DNA of 64,000 nt from Camelus ferus (taxonomy: Eukaryota): positions 115,632,001-115,696,000 of the forward strand of contig NC_045696.1 in assembly GCF_009834535.1 (NCBI RefSeq), given 5' to 3'. The position numbers and the translations under genes were made by a program. Under the pieces are notes generated by a model. It was not told where the DNA came from. It did not search any database and saw only the letters and a program-made list of their open reading frames with translations. Below, piece after piece: positions 52,001 through 64,000 of the stretch (within the stretch, counting starts at the first letter, position 1; every line of letters starts with the position of its first letter).

Positions 52001-52653
52001 TCCACTTTCCTCCCTGCCTTCCACTTGAAGAGGAAAAAAATCAGTACTGTGCACCTTCTCCCAGTCCCACTAAGATGTGCCAGGTACCGAAAACTGCCCC
52101 CCTGTTTTCCCTAGGGAGGTGCACTGAGATGCTGGGGTGCTGGGTGTAGGTTTTACTTCTCTCCCTCTCTCCTCCCTCCTGTGTGTCATCTCTTTATCTT
52201 ACAGACCCGAGCTGGCTGCTGAGATACTCGCCATCAACTGAGAGTCAGCTGTCCCTCCTATTGTTTTAGCTGCTCCAAGGCATTCCAGCTATGCCGGTCC
52301 CTCAGCACTCTGGATGAAGAAGTGGGTCTCTTAGGCAGTGCCCAGAAAGCCTGGGGACATTGGACACACCCTTCATTCTCTCTTTTCTTCATGGGAGAAA
52401 TCACCAAAACCAGCTTCCTCTGTGCTGAGCTGTGCGGATTTGAAGGAGGAAAGATGTGGATAAAGTGAAACTGCTCTTTTTACTTATTTCAGTGTTATTG
52501 TTCCTGGCCCTGTGCTGCTCTGCTACAATGTCTTAACCAGATTTTAGGGCTCTAATAAAGGTATTATGGTCTGTATATGGTTACTAAATCGGTGTTTCTA
52601 TGGGATGATAAGGGCTGGGATTTCCTATTACACCATCTTGTGGATATCATGCC
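49025..52653 (-). mobile_element. Old L1M element: 5' UTR, ORF1, ORF2 endonuclease region and a late ORF2 segment; internally deleted, pseudogenised
   Basis: Minus strand starts ...caagatggtgtaatagga; ORF1 remnants (EAQEIPNRLDPKEFILRHIK); EN-region motifs 49880-50350; late ORF2 gccattctaacaggtgt at ~49033. Confidence 0.88.
49968..50108 (-). mobile_element. Vic-1-like SINE inserted into the L1 endonuclease region
   Basis: A/B boxes; TSD ctcttgtgac (49958-49967 / 50109-50118). Confidence 0.92.
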
Positions 52654-53091
52654 ATAAATAATTACCTATTCTATATTTCTATGCCTCATTCATATGTGCA
52701 TTCCAATCTCTTAGCCTCACACTAAGCAAGTAAAAAGTGGTTGGTAATAGCTTGTGGAATAAATGGTCTAAATTCAATTTTTTACCCATCCACCTCTTTT
52801 GGGTTCAGTATCTTTATAGTCGTGAAAGCAGTATAAAGGAAAATATACAGTTTCCACTATGTAGAGTCATGGTTTATAATTTAATAGTGAAGCTAGGTAG
52901 AAATACCTCAAAAGAGGAACCATAGATATATAAATGGAGCAAAAACTGAATAAAATGCTCTGGATGTGGGTGTGGGGAAAAAAAAAATCCAGCTTGGGTG
53001 GGCAAGGTTGGTTTTGTGGTGGAACTGGCAGATCTACAAAATTAACTCAGTATTTGACAGTGGATATTGATGGGAAGGACATTCTAGAAAA

Positions 53092-53122
<31 letters not shown>

Positions 53123-53879
53123 TTTGAACAAGGACTCTCAAGTAAAGCAATATATATTATTTGGGAGAAAAATATTCAAATGAGTGGTACTGAGGTATTG
53201 GAAATGGACAGGGAAAAGGAAGAGAAAGGAATGCAGCAAGGAGTAAGGACAGAAAACCAGTTAGCTACATAGCAGAGAATCTCAAGGTGCCAAATGAGCT
53301 TGGTTCTCCATCTGAGCCTTACAAACAATCCTCCTAACCTCAAACCCCAAGAAATCCCACAAGAAAACAGCATAACAGATGGTAAAATCAGGATATTAAA
53401 GACGTTCTCTTGAGGCTGTCTTTAGATTTTAAGGAAGAGTTGGTTGAGGCATGGGAACATAGCACAGGTAGCAGAAAGCCCTACTAAGTTTTAAAAATGT
53501 CTAAGAAATTTAGTAAGAATTTGAAGTAGAAAGAGACAATGGGAAAATAATTGCAGAAAAATCTGGCTCTATCAAAAATCAGAACCATATATTTATAAAA
53601 GTCTCTTTTTATGATTTATTTCCCTACGATTCTTGCTTTTATATTTAGATATTTTGTTTTTGTGTTCATCAATGGCTGGAAGTATACAAGTGCTTTTGAT
53701 AATAACATTGGACAATAAAATCAAAAGACTTTGAAGTCACTCGATTTTGTAGCACAAAGATTTTTCCTGGGCTCAGTGGGAGTTACATCTACTACCTCAG
53801 AAAGGGTGGCGACCAACAAGTCCTTGTAAAATCCTACTTGAATTCTATATAAATAAAAATGCAGTTTCAAAGTACTTAC

Positions 53880-53932
53880 TTCTTTACGCTTGCGAAATCG
53901 GGTACCCGAAGTTCTGAGCACGACGCTCACAG
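53880..53932 (-). other. Candidate 53-nt spliced exon of an unidentified minus-strand transcript
   Basis: Minus strand: ACTAAC branch point, AG-free pyrimidine-rich 40 nt, TAG acceptor, GAA|GTAAGT donor; 6 CpGs in 53 nt; one open frame (VSVVLRTSGTRFRKRKE). Confidence 0.4.
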
Positions 53933-55004
53933 CTATTTTACAGTGGGAGGCAACACCAAAAGGGAAAGCGGCGTTAGTTACACTCTTCTGACTTATGGGG
54001 AAAATTACTTCTCTTTGGAGCTTAAGAAGGAAAATCTCCAGTTTTTGAAAACCGCTGTGCAATGAACACATACATACACGCTCATACAGAGAAATGAGAA
54101 AATGCATACAAATTCGTCCACAGGTTTCGCTTCAAAACATCTCTCAAAACCTTCTGGGTCAAATTTGCCACTGTGGCTGCCTGAGTTACTTCTGCTAGAT
54201 AAAATCGAGTCGGCCTGTCATTTTGCATTATAAACAGATGATCAAGGGTGCACAATGTAACATCTGCATGCATAGAAAGCAGTGGGGCCAGGACAAACAA
54301 TGGCTGTGATGTGGACAAATGAGTTTGAAGCCACACACATTCTTTATGCATTATGCAGATGGCTTCATTTGTAAATTGGGCTTCTTAATTATGAAAAAAA
54401 GAAAGAAAATAGTTTGATCGAGTCTGGGTACCTTAAGGTAGAATGTTCTTCAAAATGAAGCAATTTGTTAATAAAATGTAACATTAAGGAAATTTGGACG
54501 TAGGGAACACCTGGTCCACAATTTTTGCAGATAATTAGATAATTTAAATACCCCTGACAGCTAGTTAATTGTCATAATCAGTGGATAATTTATTTGAGAC
54601 ATAATCTTATTCACGCCTTTCTCATGGACAAATGGACATGTTGCCAGATGTGCCTAAAGCATAGTTTCCTTTTGCTTTTACAATGGTGTTTGACTTAACA
54701 TCAGTCTACTTGGCAAGATGTCACTCTTAACTAGTGGCTTTCACAAAACAGAGAGTTGGGGACAGCTTTGAAAAGAGGACTTTATTAGAGGATCCTATTT
54801 AGTTAACTAAAACAGAATTGGTGGTAAAGTGGATGAATAATTTCACCCAATGTATTTTCAAATAAAAACTACTTATTAATAAGTATTTAAAGCTTCTCAA
54901 AGAAGATTTTTTAGACTTCACACATATCACAAAATTGGAAAACACTACACAAAACTGGAGAATACTAGCGATACCTTGACACGTGTAAGCATCCTTTCAT
55001 TGTC

Positions 55005-55412
55005 TTGTAGGGTTATTATTTTGTCTAATTTCAGTATTGCTGTGTCTTTGTGAATAGGGAGGCTTGAGGACAGAGAAAGAGAAGGAGACATGGTAGGTCA
55101 GTGGAGCAGTCAGAACACACACAGGATTTACGATGAAGTTCACCCTCTTATCTGGGCACAGTCATGGTGCCCCCCAGTATTACAAGAGTAACATCACAGA
55201 TCACCATACCAAATATAATGCTAATGAAAATGTTTGAAATATTGTGATAAATGCCAAAATGTGACACAGAGACCCAAAATGAGCAAATGCTGTTGGGACA
55301 ATGGCGCCCAGGGATTTGCTCAACACAGGGGGCCACAAACTTTCAACTGGCAAAATACACAAATATCTGTGAAGCATCACCAAGCAAAACACAATAACAA
55401 GAGGTATGCCTG
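55005..55412 (-). mobile_element. Tigger1 (TcMar) DNA transposon 5' end fragment
   Basis: Minus strand starts TA|caggcatacctc (Tigger1 TIR) and follows the consensus gtctctgtgtcacattttgg...ttctgactgctccac...taataaccctaca. Confidence 0.9.
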
Positions 55413-56024
55413 TATCTTGGAAATTATCTGTTCAAGAAGGCAGGACCTTTGTCTGCTTTTATCTGGATGACTTTGTGGAATGGAAGTGACACCACCCCTT
55501 CCCCAGGGCCCTTGCTGAAAAGTAACCAGTATTTAGCTTATTATCTGAGAGAAAAGTAGGTTTTGGGTTTAACAACTGAAATTTTGGAGTTTGTCTATAA
55601 TAGATGCCACTAGCTGAATCAAATAATATAAATAAAAGAAACTAGATTTCTGTGTTAATCGGGAAATGGGATACTTTTGGAAGAGGAAATTTTCTTTGCA
55701 CTCAAGAGATGTGATTTACTCTCCTGTCCTAAGGCTGATCCTTGTGGAAATGGCAAAGATCTTATTGGAAAAAAAGGACAAAGAAAGTCAGAATAAAGTG
55801 AAGACCTAAGAAATCACAAAAAGTCCGTTAAAAGAAGTTTATATTTCAGTTCATGAATTATGCACAGATCATGAGAATAAAGGTTAACCAGCAGAGCTTC
55901 GATGGTAACTCTGCAAGCAGACACATTCCCCAGAGTCCATTTAAAGTCTGGAAATATTTCAAATTTTATTTATTTAAGAGTCAAAATAGACAATCAGAAG
56001 TCCCAGTTGCTCTCAATGTACCGT

Positions 56025-56277
56025 ATAATCATTTAGCAACTGAGCACTTGAAATGTGGCAAGTTCAAACTGAGATGTGTTAAAAGTCTAAAATGCATGTG
56101 TAATATCAAAGACAGTACAAAAAAATGTAAAACAACTCATGAATAATTTCTATATTGATTATAAGTTCCAATTATCTTTTGGATAAATTGGGATAAATAA
56201 ATACAAGTTTTACCTATGTATTTATTTTTTTTAAGATTTAAATTATATAACATTACATTCCTTTTGAATGATGCTAT
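56025..56277. mobile_element. hAT-Charlie MITE (MER33-like)
   Basis: ctgagcacttgaaatgtggc...ctgagatgtg...aaagacagtacaaaaaaatgtaaaa...tatattgatta...ttttggataaattggg. Confidence 0.75.
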
Positions 56278-56559
56278 GCTAAGAGGTGTATAGTGTGTTC
56301 TATTTTTCCTCCAGATTCAGGGTTGAGGGTAAGACATGCGATGACAGACACTTAGCCAGAGGAGCAACTTTGTCAAGAATGAAAGAAAAGGAGAAGTTGA
56401 CTGGTTTCATAGAATTTTTAACACGTTATTTATGAAATGAATGTACAAATGAATAAAGAGTACCTTTCTAAACCTACACTTCAATGACCCTGGAAGAAAG
56501 GGAAAAAACATCAGATAAAAGCAAAAATACCTACACAGCACTTTGTGAGGCCCTGTCAC

Positions 56560-56730
56560 CGATATTCTGCAAGACTTAACATACAGCATACAAAGTCACC
56601 GTGTCTCAGTCTCCTAGCATTTAAAAAAGGAGCGATTATAGTACCTTTTTTTTTTTTTTTACATAATGTGACAGTCAAATGGGAAAACATGCATTAAAGC
56701 ACTTTAGAAAGTGTCTAAGTGTTCTGCTAT
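56560..56730 (+). mobile_element. MIR fragment
   Basis: gtgtctcagtctcct...atagtacc...taaagcactttagaaagtgtct. Confidence 0.55.
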
Positions 56731-58769
56731 TGTAAGAAAGGGAATACATGCAAATTAAGGGATTTAATATCTGAACAGAGAGAATAACACAGCCTCTTCT
56801 AAATAATGTTTGAACCTACATGTAGTACATTTGAATGATTTAATGGACATTTAAGAAGTTTTTTTTTTTTTTAATTCTAAGTCATATTGAGGGTTCAATT
56901 AGACTTTCATCTCACAATAGTAATGTAATTACTGCTTTTACCATAAAACAACATTTGAAAAAAATGGGACAACATACACTACTCAACTCAAATTTGTTCT
57001 ATGTGCCTTCATACTTAACTCTATAAAACTAAACAGTGTAGAACAGCTCCAGTCTCAGGAGCCAGGTCACTTATACTTGGTGAAAACCTATATTTTAAAG
57101 CTTATAGAACATAGTACCATATTCTATGAAAAATTTTTATATACATAAATTTTGAAAATATGCGGGCATTAAAAGCATATCTAAGATCTTAGGGAATATA
57201 TTCCACAAGTTTTTTGGGGGGAAGAACAGTGTTTTTTTTTTTTTTTTTTAAATCTCTGTAATTTCAAGACTTATCGCGGACTCTTGGTTTCAACCAAATG
57301 TCTACTTTTATAACCTGTTTTAATTATACCACTAGTCATGTTGACATTACAAATTTTCATTTAATGTAGACATTTAAGGTAGACAATTTCTGTGTACCTT
57401 ACATTTTTGCAGAAGTTTAATAGAACTATGACATACGTATGGATGTGTCATTTTTCCATGCACTCTCCAAAACTGCAAATCATTTAATTTTTTTTTTAAA
57501 CTTTGCTAATTGTATAGGCTAGACTGGCATTTCATTGAGACTTTGAGTTGCATTCTTTTAGTTTCCTGAGGATCTAAACCTATTGTCTTAAACTAAAGGG
57601 CCACTTCTTTTGTTTCTTGCCTTAGTCTAATATGTAAGGTCCATGATTTTATTATTGATTTTAAATACATTTTATTTTAAAGATATCAACTATTTTTCAT
57701 CACACAGGTGTCTAATAGTCTTCCAAATATCCCATTTTGTAACTTATTTTCATTATGCCCTTAATCACATTGGAGTTATACTTTGCTGATGCTCAACACC
57801 TCATCATTTCATTGAATAGTAAACAGTGCCCGCCCTCCACCTCGCCTCCCGTTGGTTTTGTATGTCAAACTCCATGACGCAGTGGTCCCAAGAGAGCTCT
57901 GGTGTTAAAATCCTTGAGTTCCAATCCCATCCTTAATGTCCATTTGCTATATCATCTGATGTATGCTGCTTAAATAATTCTGGCTTTAATTTCCTAATCC
58001 TAAAAGCAAATACAATGCTGAACCCTCCATAATAGAAGGTAATATGGGTAAAATTAAGGTTTTGTCTTACACAGCATAATCACACATTGAATAACAGCTA
58101 TCATTATGATAATACACTGAATTCTCATGAACCCATGGATCCTTTTTCATCTGTTTGTTCAGCTGCATGGATGTAGCTGAGATTTAAAGTCATGAGCTGT
58201 GACTCATTGATGCAAAACAAAGGGAGAGTGCCATCCTGTCCTTTTGTCCATATCTGACATATGTGACTATTTTACAGAAAAGATGCAATATTCTATGCTT
58301 GTTGATTAAAAAAAGGGAATGCCTTGAGTTTGGGGATTGGGTTTTCTCCTCTGCATCCCAAGAACCTAGCCGAATATTAGGGGGGAGTCATTATAACAGA
58401 ACCCACTTTTGAGAATTGCACCAGTGGGTCTGTGAAGGAAATATAGGGGTTTCTTGTTTGTTTTAATTCTGCTTTTCTTTAGGTTCTAAAAAGAGAAGAA
58501 CTGATTAGCACATTTTGGATCATATCTGTGGAATTCTGGCATCTGAGAAGATGTATTCTTAATGGGATATAAGTTTCCATCTGTGTTAAGCTTGAAATTC
58601 TCCATGTTGAGCCTTCGAAATAGAGAACAATTATTCTCAAAAGAAATCTGATGATTATTCAGTTAAGTCTTAGCATGAGTGTGGTTCCTTGCCATTGCAT
58701 GCCACTGATGCCAATTTTTCACTCACAGTATCTCCCAAGTGCTTTGTCTACAAAGTACTAAGCAATTGT

Positions 58770-59000
58770 GCACAATGGAAAAAGCTTGAACACTGGGATC
58801 AGATAAGATTGTAATTGATTTTTCAGCACAGCCATTTATTAACTGTGTGACTTTAGGCAATACTTTCATTTACTGATCTTTAGATTTTATATTAAAAAGG
58901 AATCAAGATACCCACCTTACTAGGTTGATATGAGGATTTGAGATAATTCGTGGCAAGAAAGTAGCATGTAGTAGATGCCAAATGAATAATAGTTACTGTT
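58770..59000 (+). mobile_element. MIR SINE
   Basis: gccatttattaactgtgtgactttaggcaa...taggttgatatgaggatttgagataat. Confidence 0.65.
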
Positions 59001-59744
59001 AATATAAGATTATAATTTCCATACATTAAATTTCCTCAATTGTTTCCAGAAAAGTAATAGGTTACCATGTGAGAAAATCATCTGATATGTTTGTGGTTTC
59101 CAGATGCATCACTAAAGATGATAGTTTGAGATGAAGAGGATGAGTTTTTTTAGTTAATCAGGATTAAATTTCATCAATGCTACTGATTTTGGGCAAGTAC
59201 ACTTTCTAAGTATCACTTTTCCCATTATAAAAGTATAAATGGAAGCATCTCAAAATTGTTTTGAAGTCTAACATGACATTATAGGTAAAGTGTTTTACAC
59301 AGTAAATGCTCAAGATCATCTCAACCTACTGGTCATGTGATGCAAAACTGTTCTCTACAACAACCATAACAAGGAGTTAGTTGTTCACCCAGTTGAGGAC
59401 CTTTTGTTACCTCAGGCTTTAATTTTTGAAAGGTAACCTATCATACTTAAGAAAGGCAATGAATCTTGAGTTAGCCAGTAGATTTGGCTCCTAGGTGAAT
59501 TAATTCATTGTCTCTTTCTTTTTCTCTCTCAATTTATTTACCTATAAAAATGAGAGTGAATCATGTACCAAGCCCTTTCAGGTGTTAAAAAGATTAAATC
59601 CAATCAAATCCTCTAGCCCATTGCTAATCCCATAAATGTTCAAATAAGATATAATTATTTTAAGTTAGAGATCAAGTTATTGAAATCTCATTTTATATGT
59701 CTACCTGAGCTCTACATCACTATAATTTTTTTTTAATTGTGACC

Positions 59745-62105
59745 TAAGTACTTCTGAAAGTCTGTCCCTCCATAAAAATCAACAAAAATAAAACTGGAAA
59801 AAAATTGTCAGAATCAACTTTTTCAAAACCCTGGAAATTAATCAAAGGATTGTAGCAAACTGGGGAGCATTTAGCCAAGAAAAACAGCTGACTATAGGCA
59901 AGAACAGCAAGTTTTGTTGTGTTTTAATTTGCTCTAGTCCATCCCCTATGACCCAAATTAGTGGTAGATTGAAAAATAACAACTTGTGTTGCCAGTACTG
60001 TAGAGAGACGAATGGATCTCATTACCCAAGAACTACCAATATTTGATCTGTCTAGTGGTTAACTGAAAGGCCCCACTCAAATGATGTCTTTATTTGACCT
60101 CATTAAAACTGACTTATGCTAAACACCTTTCCCTGGAGGGTGGAGTGAAGGGTGAGGAGAACTTGGTCAACTGTTTTAACATCAGAGCTACCTGAAGTGA
60201 TGGATAACAGTTGAGGCAAAAAATAGACTGATCAAAGGCTTAAAAGAAAAAGTTGAGGAATGAGATATCCATAGGGGCTTACAAAAGCTCTTTCATAGTC
60301 TAGAGTCTGGAGAGCCACATGGGTGCTCAGGGCTCTGGACAGCTGAATATTTGCTCAGGAAAGACCTAAGAAGGCCCTAAGTGCTCACCTCTCCCCTCCT
60401 TGAAGTGTTGAGAAAAGGAGCAAAGGCTCAGGCAGAGTTGTAAACTCCCTGCCTCAATGTTAAAGGCATGTCTCACACACAAAGCCCTGCCTCAAAGACT
60501 GTGAGAATTATTGGTCCCAAGCATTTAAAGAATCTCTGTTAAATCATTAGCTGAACACTAAGCACACTGAGTGAAGGCTTTAGTAACCACATAAGACAAT
60601 GATACAGATTTGACAGAATATGTTTAGAAAAGTCACTAAACAAATAAGAAAACCTACAACAGAAACAACCACAACAACCCTGAGGAAGGAGGAGGATCTT
60701 TTTTTACAGAGGCGTCATGTTATATTTGAAATGTATAGTTTTCAATTAAAAAATTATGAGGTATGCAAAAAAAAAAAATAAGAAAGTATGGTTTATTCCC
60801 AGAAAAAAAAAAATCATAGAAATTGTCCCTGAGAAAGCACTAACACTAGATTTAGAGTCTTTAAATCAGCTATTTAAAGTATGTTCAAAGAGCTAAAGGA
60901 AATCATGTCTATGGGACTAAAGAAAATATTAGAATATAAAGTAAAAGATAGAAATTAAAAAAGGAAAGAAAATAGAAATTATGCACCTGAAAGGTATTAT
61001 TCAGAAATATGAAGTGGAAATAAAACATTCACTAGATCATTTCAACAGCAGATTTGAGTAGGCAGAGGAAAGAATCCGTGAACTTGAATACAGGTAAATT
61101 GAGGAACAAGAAAAGAAAAGTAAAAACTGAACAAGCCTCAGAGTCAGGTGGAATATCATAAAACATAAAATATACATTTGGAAGTCTTAGAAAGAGAGAA
61201 AAGAAAAAAGGGAAAGAATATTTGAAGAAATAATAGTCAAAACTTTCCCAACTTTGATGAAAGATATGAATGTACACATCCAAGGAACACAGTGACTTTA
61301 AGTAGAATAAACTCAAAGATCCACACTGAATTACACTATAGCCAAGTTGTTAAAGTCAAAGACAAAGATAGACTGTTGAAAGCAATAAGAAAAAAGTGAC
61401 TCATTACATACAAGGCATCCTCAATAAGAATAACAGCTGATTTCACATTAAAAAACTGTGAAAGCCAGAAAGATCGGATAACATATTCCAAGTGCTGAAA
61501 CTGTCGGCCGAGGATTTTATATCTGGTGAAACTATTCTTAAAAAAAATAAAGGAGAAATTAAGAAATTCCCAGATAAACAAAAACTCATAGTCTTTGTCA
61601 GTAACAGAATTGCCTTGTAAGACATTCTAAGAGGAAGTCCTTCAAGTTGAAATAAATGGTGTTAGACAGAAACCTGAATCCATATGAAGAAATAAAAGCA
61701 TCAGTAAAGATCACTACATAGTAGATATAAAATACAGTATAAATTCACTTTTTGGTTTGTAACGTCTGTTGTTTTTTCATTATCTGATTTAAAGGACAAC
61801 ATGCAATGCTTATCAATCTAAGTTGATGGCCACATAATTTATACAGCGATATAATTTGTAACAATAACAGTAAAAAGAGGGAGGAAAATAAACTGATATA
61901 GAAACATTTTTGTATGCTGTTGAAATTATGGAATTCAGTGTGAAAGTCATGCTAGGGGAAATCTATAATTTTAAACACCTGCATTTGAAAAGACTTCAAA
62001 TAAATAACCTTCTACCTTAAGAAACCAGAAAAAGAAGAGCAAACTAAATCCAAAGCAAGAAAGAGAAAAATAGCAAAGATGACAATGTGAAAATATCAAT
62101 GAACT
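59745..62105 (+). mobile_element. Old L1M (L1MC/L1M4-like) 5' UTR, ORF1 and ORF2 fragment, pseudogenised
   Basis: gtcagaatcaactttttcaaaaccctggaaattaatcaaagg 5' motif; ORF1 remnants gaatatttgaagaaataatagtcaaaactttccca and ataacagctgatttc; ORF2 piece agaaaaagaagagcaaactaaatccaaagcaag. Confidence 0.85.
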
Positions 62106-63344
62106 TGGGGAAAAAAAATTTTATTGGCATTTTTTTTTTGGCACAGTGTGGGCAAACAAGTGGTTGATTGAAAATAATTTAATCTTCTACTTTTCACCTG
62201 TTTGGCACTATTCAGAGGCATTCATAATGAAAATAGAGCAATAGGATTAAATGAGTCATGAAAGACAATAAAAGTCTTACTTTTTCCTCCTAGTTGGAAT
62301 ATATTTTGCCTCTAACTATGTATCATTTGCATTTTAGACATAAAAAACATGCATTACAGACTTGGAGGAAGGGACACCTGGGTTAGTTCCTCGTACAAGA
62401 CCAGAGAAGTAATGTTGGTAAGGTTACTTCATTGAAATGATTTTAAATAATTTCTCTCAGAGTAACTGCCAATATAATATTTTCATTGATATTATTATTA
62501 TGTAAATTCCAAATTCCTACTAGAAATGTATTGAAGTTTGCTTCATGTGTATAGTATTTTCCACTTACTAAGTACTTATAACTACATGATCTCACTAGAA
62601 GATGTCACACCATTGGACATCTACAAAGTATACAAAAGTACTTCTACAAGGTACTCTGGTTACTATGATCCTCACCATAACTGCAGAGGGCAAATATTTC
62701 ATCTTTTTAATCTTTAATTAATCATTCAAATTCTGCTTGACTTATGAGCAGGAATCTCACCAGTTTCCACTGAGGCATATTTTCTCCAGACCTTTAATTT
62801 ATCCAGGTATCCCAGAGGCTTACCCAGTCCAAAGGTAAGTCACCTTTCTCCTGACATCAAGCAGTGGAAGGACTTGAAGGCTAATGAAAGCACTATTGCT
62901 GTCATTGTTGGAGCAGTTGCCGCACAGTCCTTTGGAAATTTGTACACAAGAAAATACCAGGTCCACATGTCTACACAGCTCTAACATGGTGCCACTCATG
63001 GACTTCAAATTATAGCTCTTTTAGTTAACACTCACATATGCAGCCAATATTTGCAAAGAAAACTTCTTCTCAAGCATTTGGATTTATAGGAACTGTCAGA
63101 ATTAGCCACACTTAAACCTACACTTGCCCTTAGGAACTCAAGCACGGATTTCCTGCTTCCCTAAGGTGATGTTATTCCAGAAAATGTGCTAAACATTTAG
63201 CCTGCTACCAATCTTGGTTGGAGCTCTGTAGTTCACTAAAGTAATCTCCCTAACACTGAATTAAAAAACCTATTCCTGGTAGCTCTCAGGTTCTTGGATT
63301 ATATATTTCTAAAGGGTAGAGGCTAGCACTTGGGCCAATATTAA

Positions 63345-63834
63345 ACTTTATATTTTTATTTTTAAATGAAATACAGTTATTGTACATTATATAGGATAGA
63401 TGTACAATATTTTGATTTATAATTTTTAAATGTTATACTCTATAGCTATTATAAAATATTGGCTGTGTTCCCCATGTTGGACAATATGTCCTTGTAGCTT
63501 ATTTTTTACATAATAATTTGTATCTCTTACTCCCCTACCCCTATATTGTCCCTCCCTCTTCCCTCTCCTAGTAACCACTAGGTTGATCTCATTTAGTTAA
63601 CATTCACATATATAGCCAATATTCCCAAATACTTGGTAAAAAAATTTGTGAGTCTGCTTCTTTTTTCTTATATTCACTAGTTTGTTGTATTATTGAGATT
63701 TTACATATAAATGATATCATACAGTATTTGTCTTTCCCTGTCTGACTTATTTTACTTAGCATAATGCCCTCCATATCCCTCCATGTTACTGCAAATAACA
63801 AAATTTCATTCTTTTTTATGGCTGAGTAGTATTC

Positions 63835-63877
<43 letters not shown>

Positions 63878-64000
63878 GTGTGTGTATTATCTTCTTTATT
63901 CATCTGTTGATGGACACTTAGTTTGCTTCCATATCTTCTCTTGGTAATTGTAAATAATGCTGCTATGAACATCAAGGTGCACATATTTTTTTTTCAAATT
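63345..64000 (-). mobile_element. LINE-1 3' end extending past the window edge
   Basis: Minus-strand ORF2 C-terminus (MFIAALFTI, EYYSAIKKNEILLFAVTW) plus 3' UTR and T-rich tail. Confidence 0.92.
63837..63876 (+). repeat. (GT)20 microsatellite inside the L1
   Basis: Perfect GT run. Confidence 0.95.

Overview
AT-rich, CpG-depleted mammalian genomic DNA, intronic or intergenic. It is most likely camelid (alpaca/vicuna/llama/camel): there are nine copies of a tRNA-Ala(AGC)-derived Vic-1-like SINE, and I saw no Bov-A/BovB, PRE1, CHR, Alu or B1 elements. I recognise no protein-coding gene; the ORF track is explained by repeats, low-complexity sequence and chance. The window is largely layered transposon debris: MIR/L2, old L1M, MaLR/ERVL LTRs, hAT/Tigger DNA transposons, younger L1 3' ends, SINEs and four ERV1-type solo LTRs with 4-bp TSDs (three perfect, one with a mismatch). 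The most notable structures are: (1) an LTR-dense zone at 14-25 kb with a four-layer nested insertion; (2) an LTR inside a SINE inside an L1; (3) an inverted pair of same-family solo LTRs; (4) a 42-bp locally templated insertion inside an L1; (5) a well-formed candidate 53-nt minus-strand exon at 53880-53932; and (6) several motif-dense, non-repetitive candidate enhancers. I found no evidence for a new biological system. Repeat family names come from recalled consensus motifs, not database searches. Boundaries of old elements are approximate.
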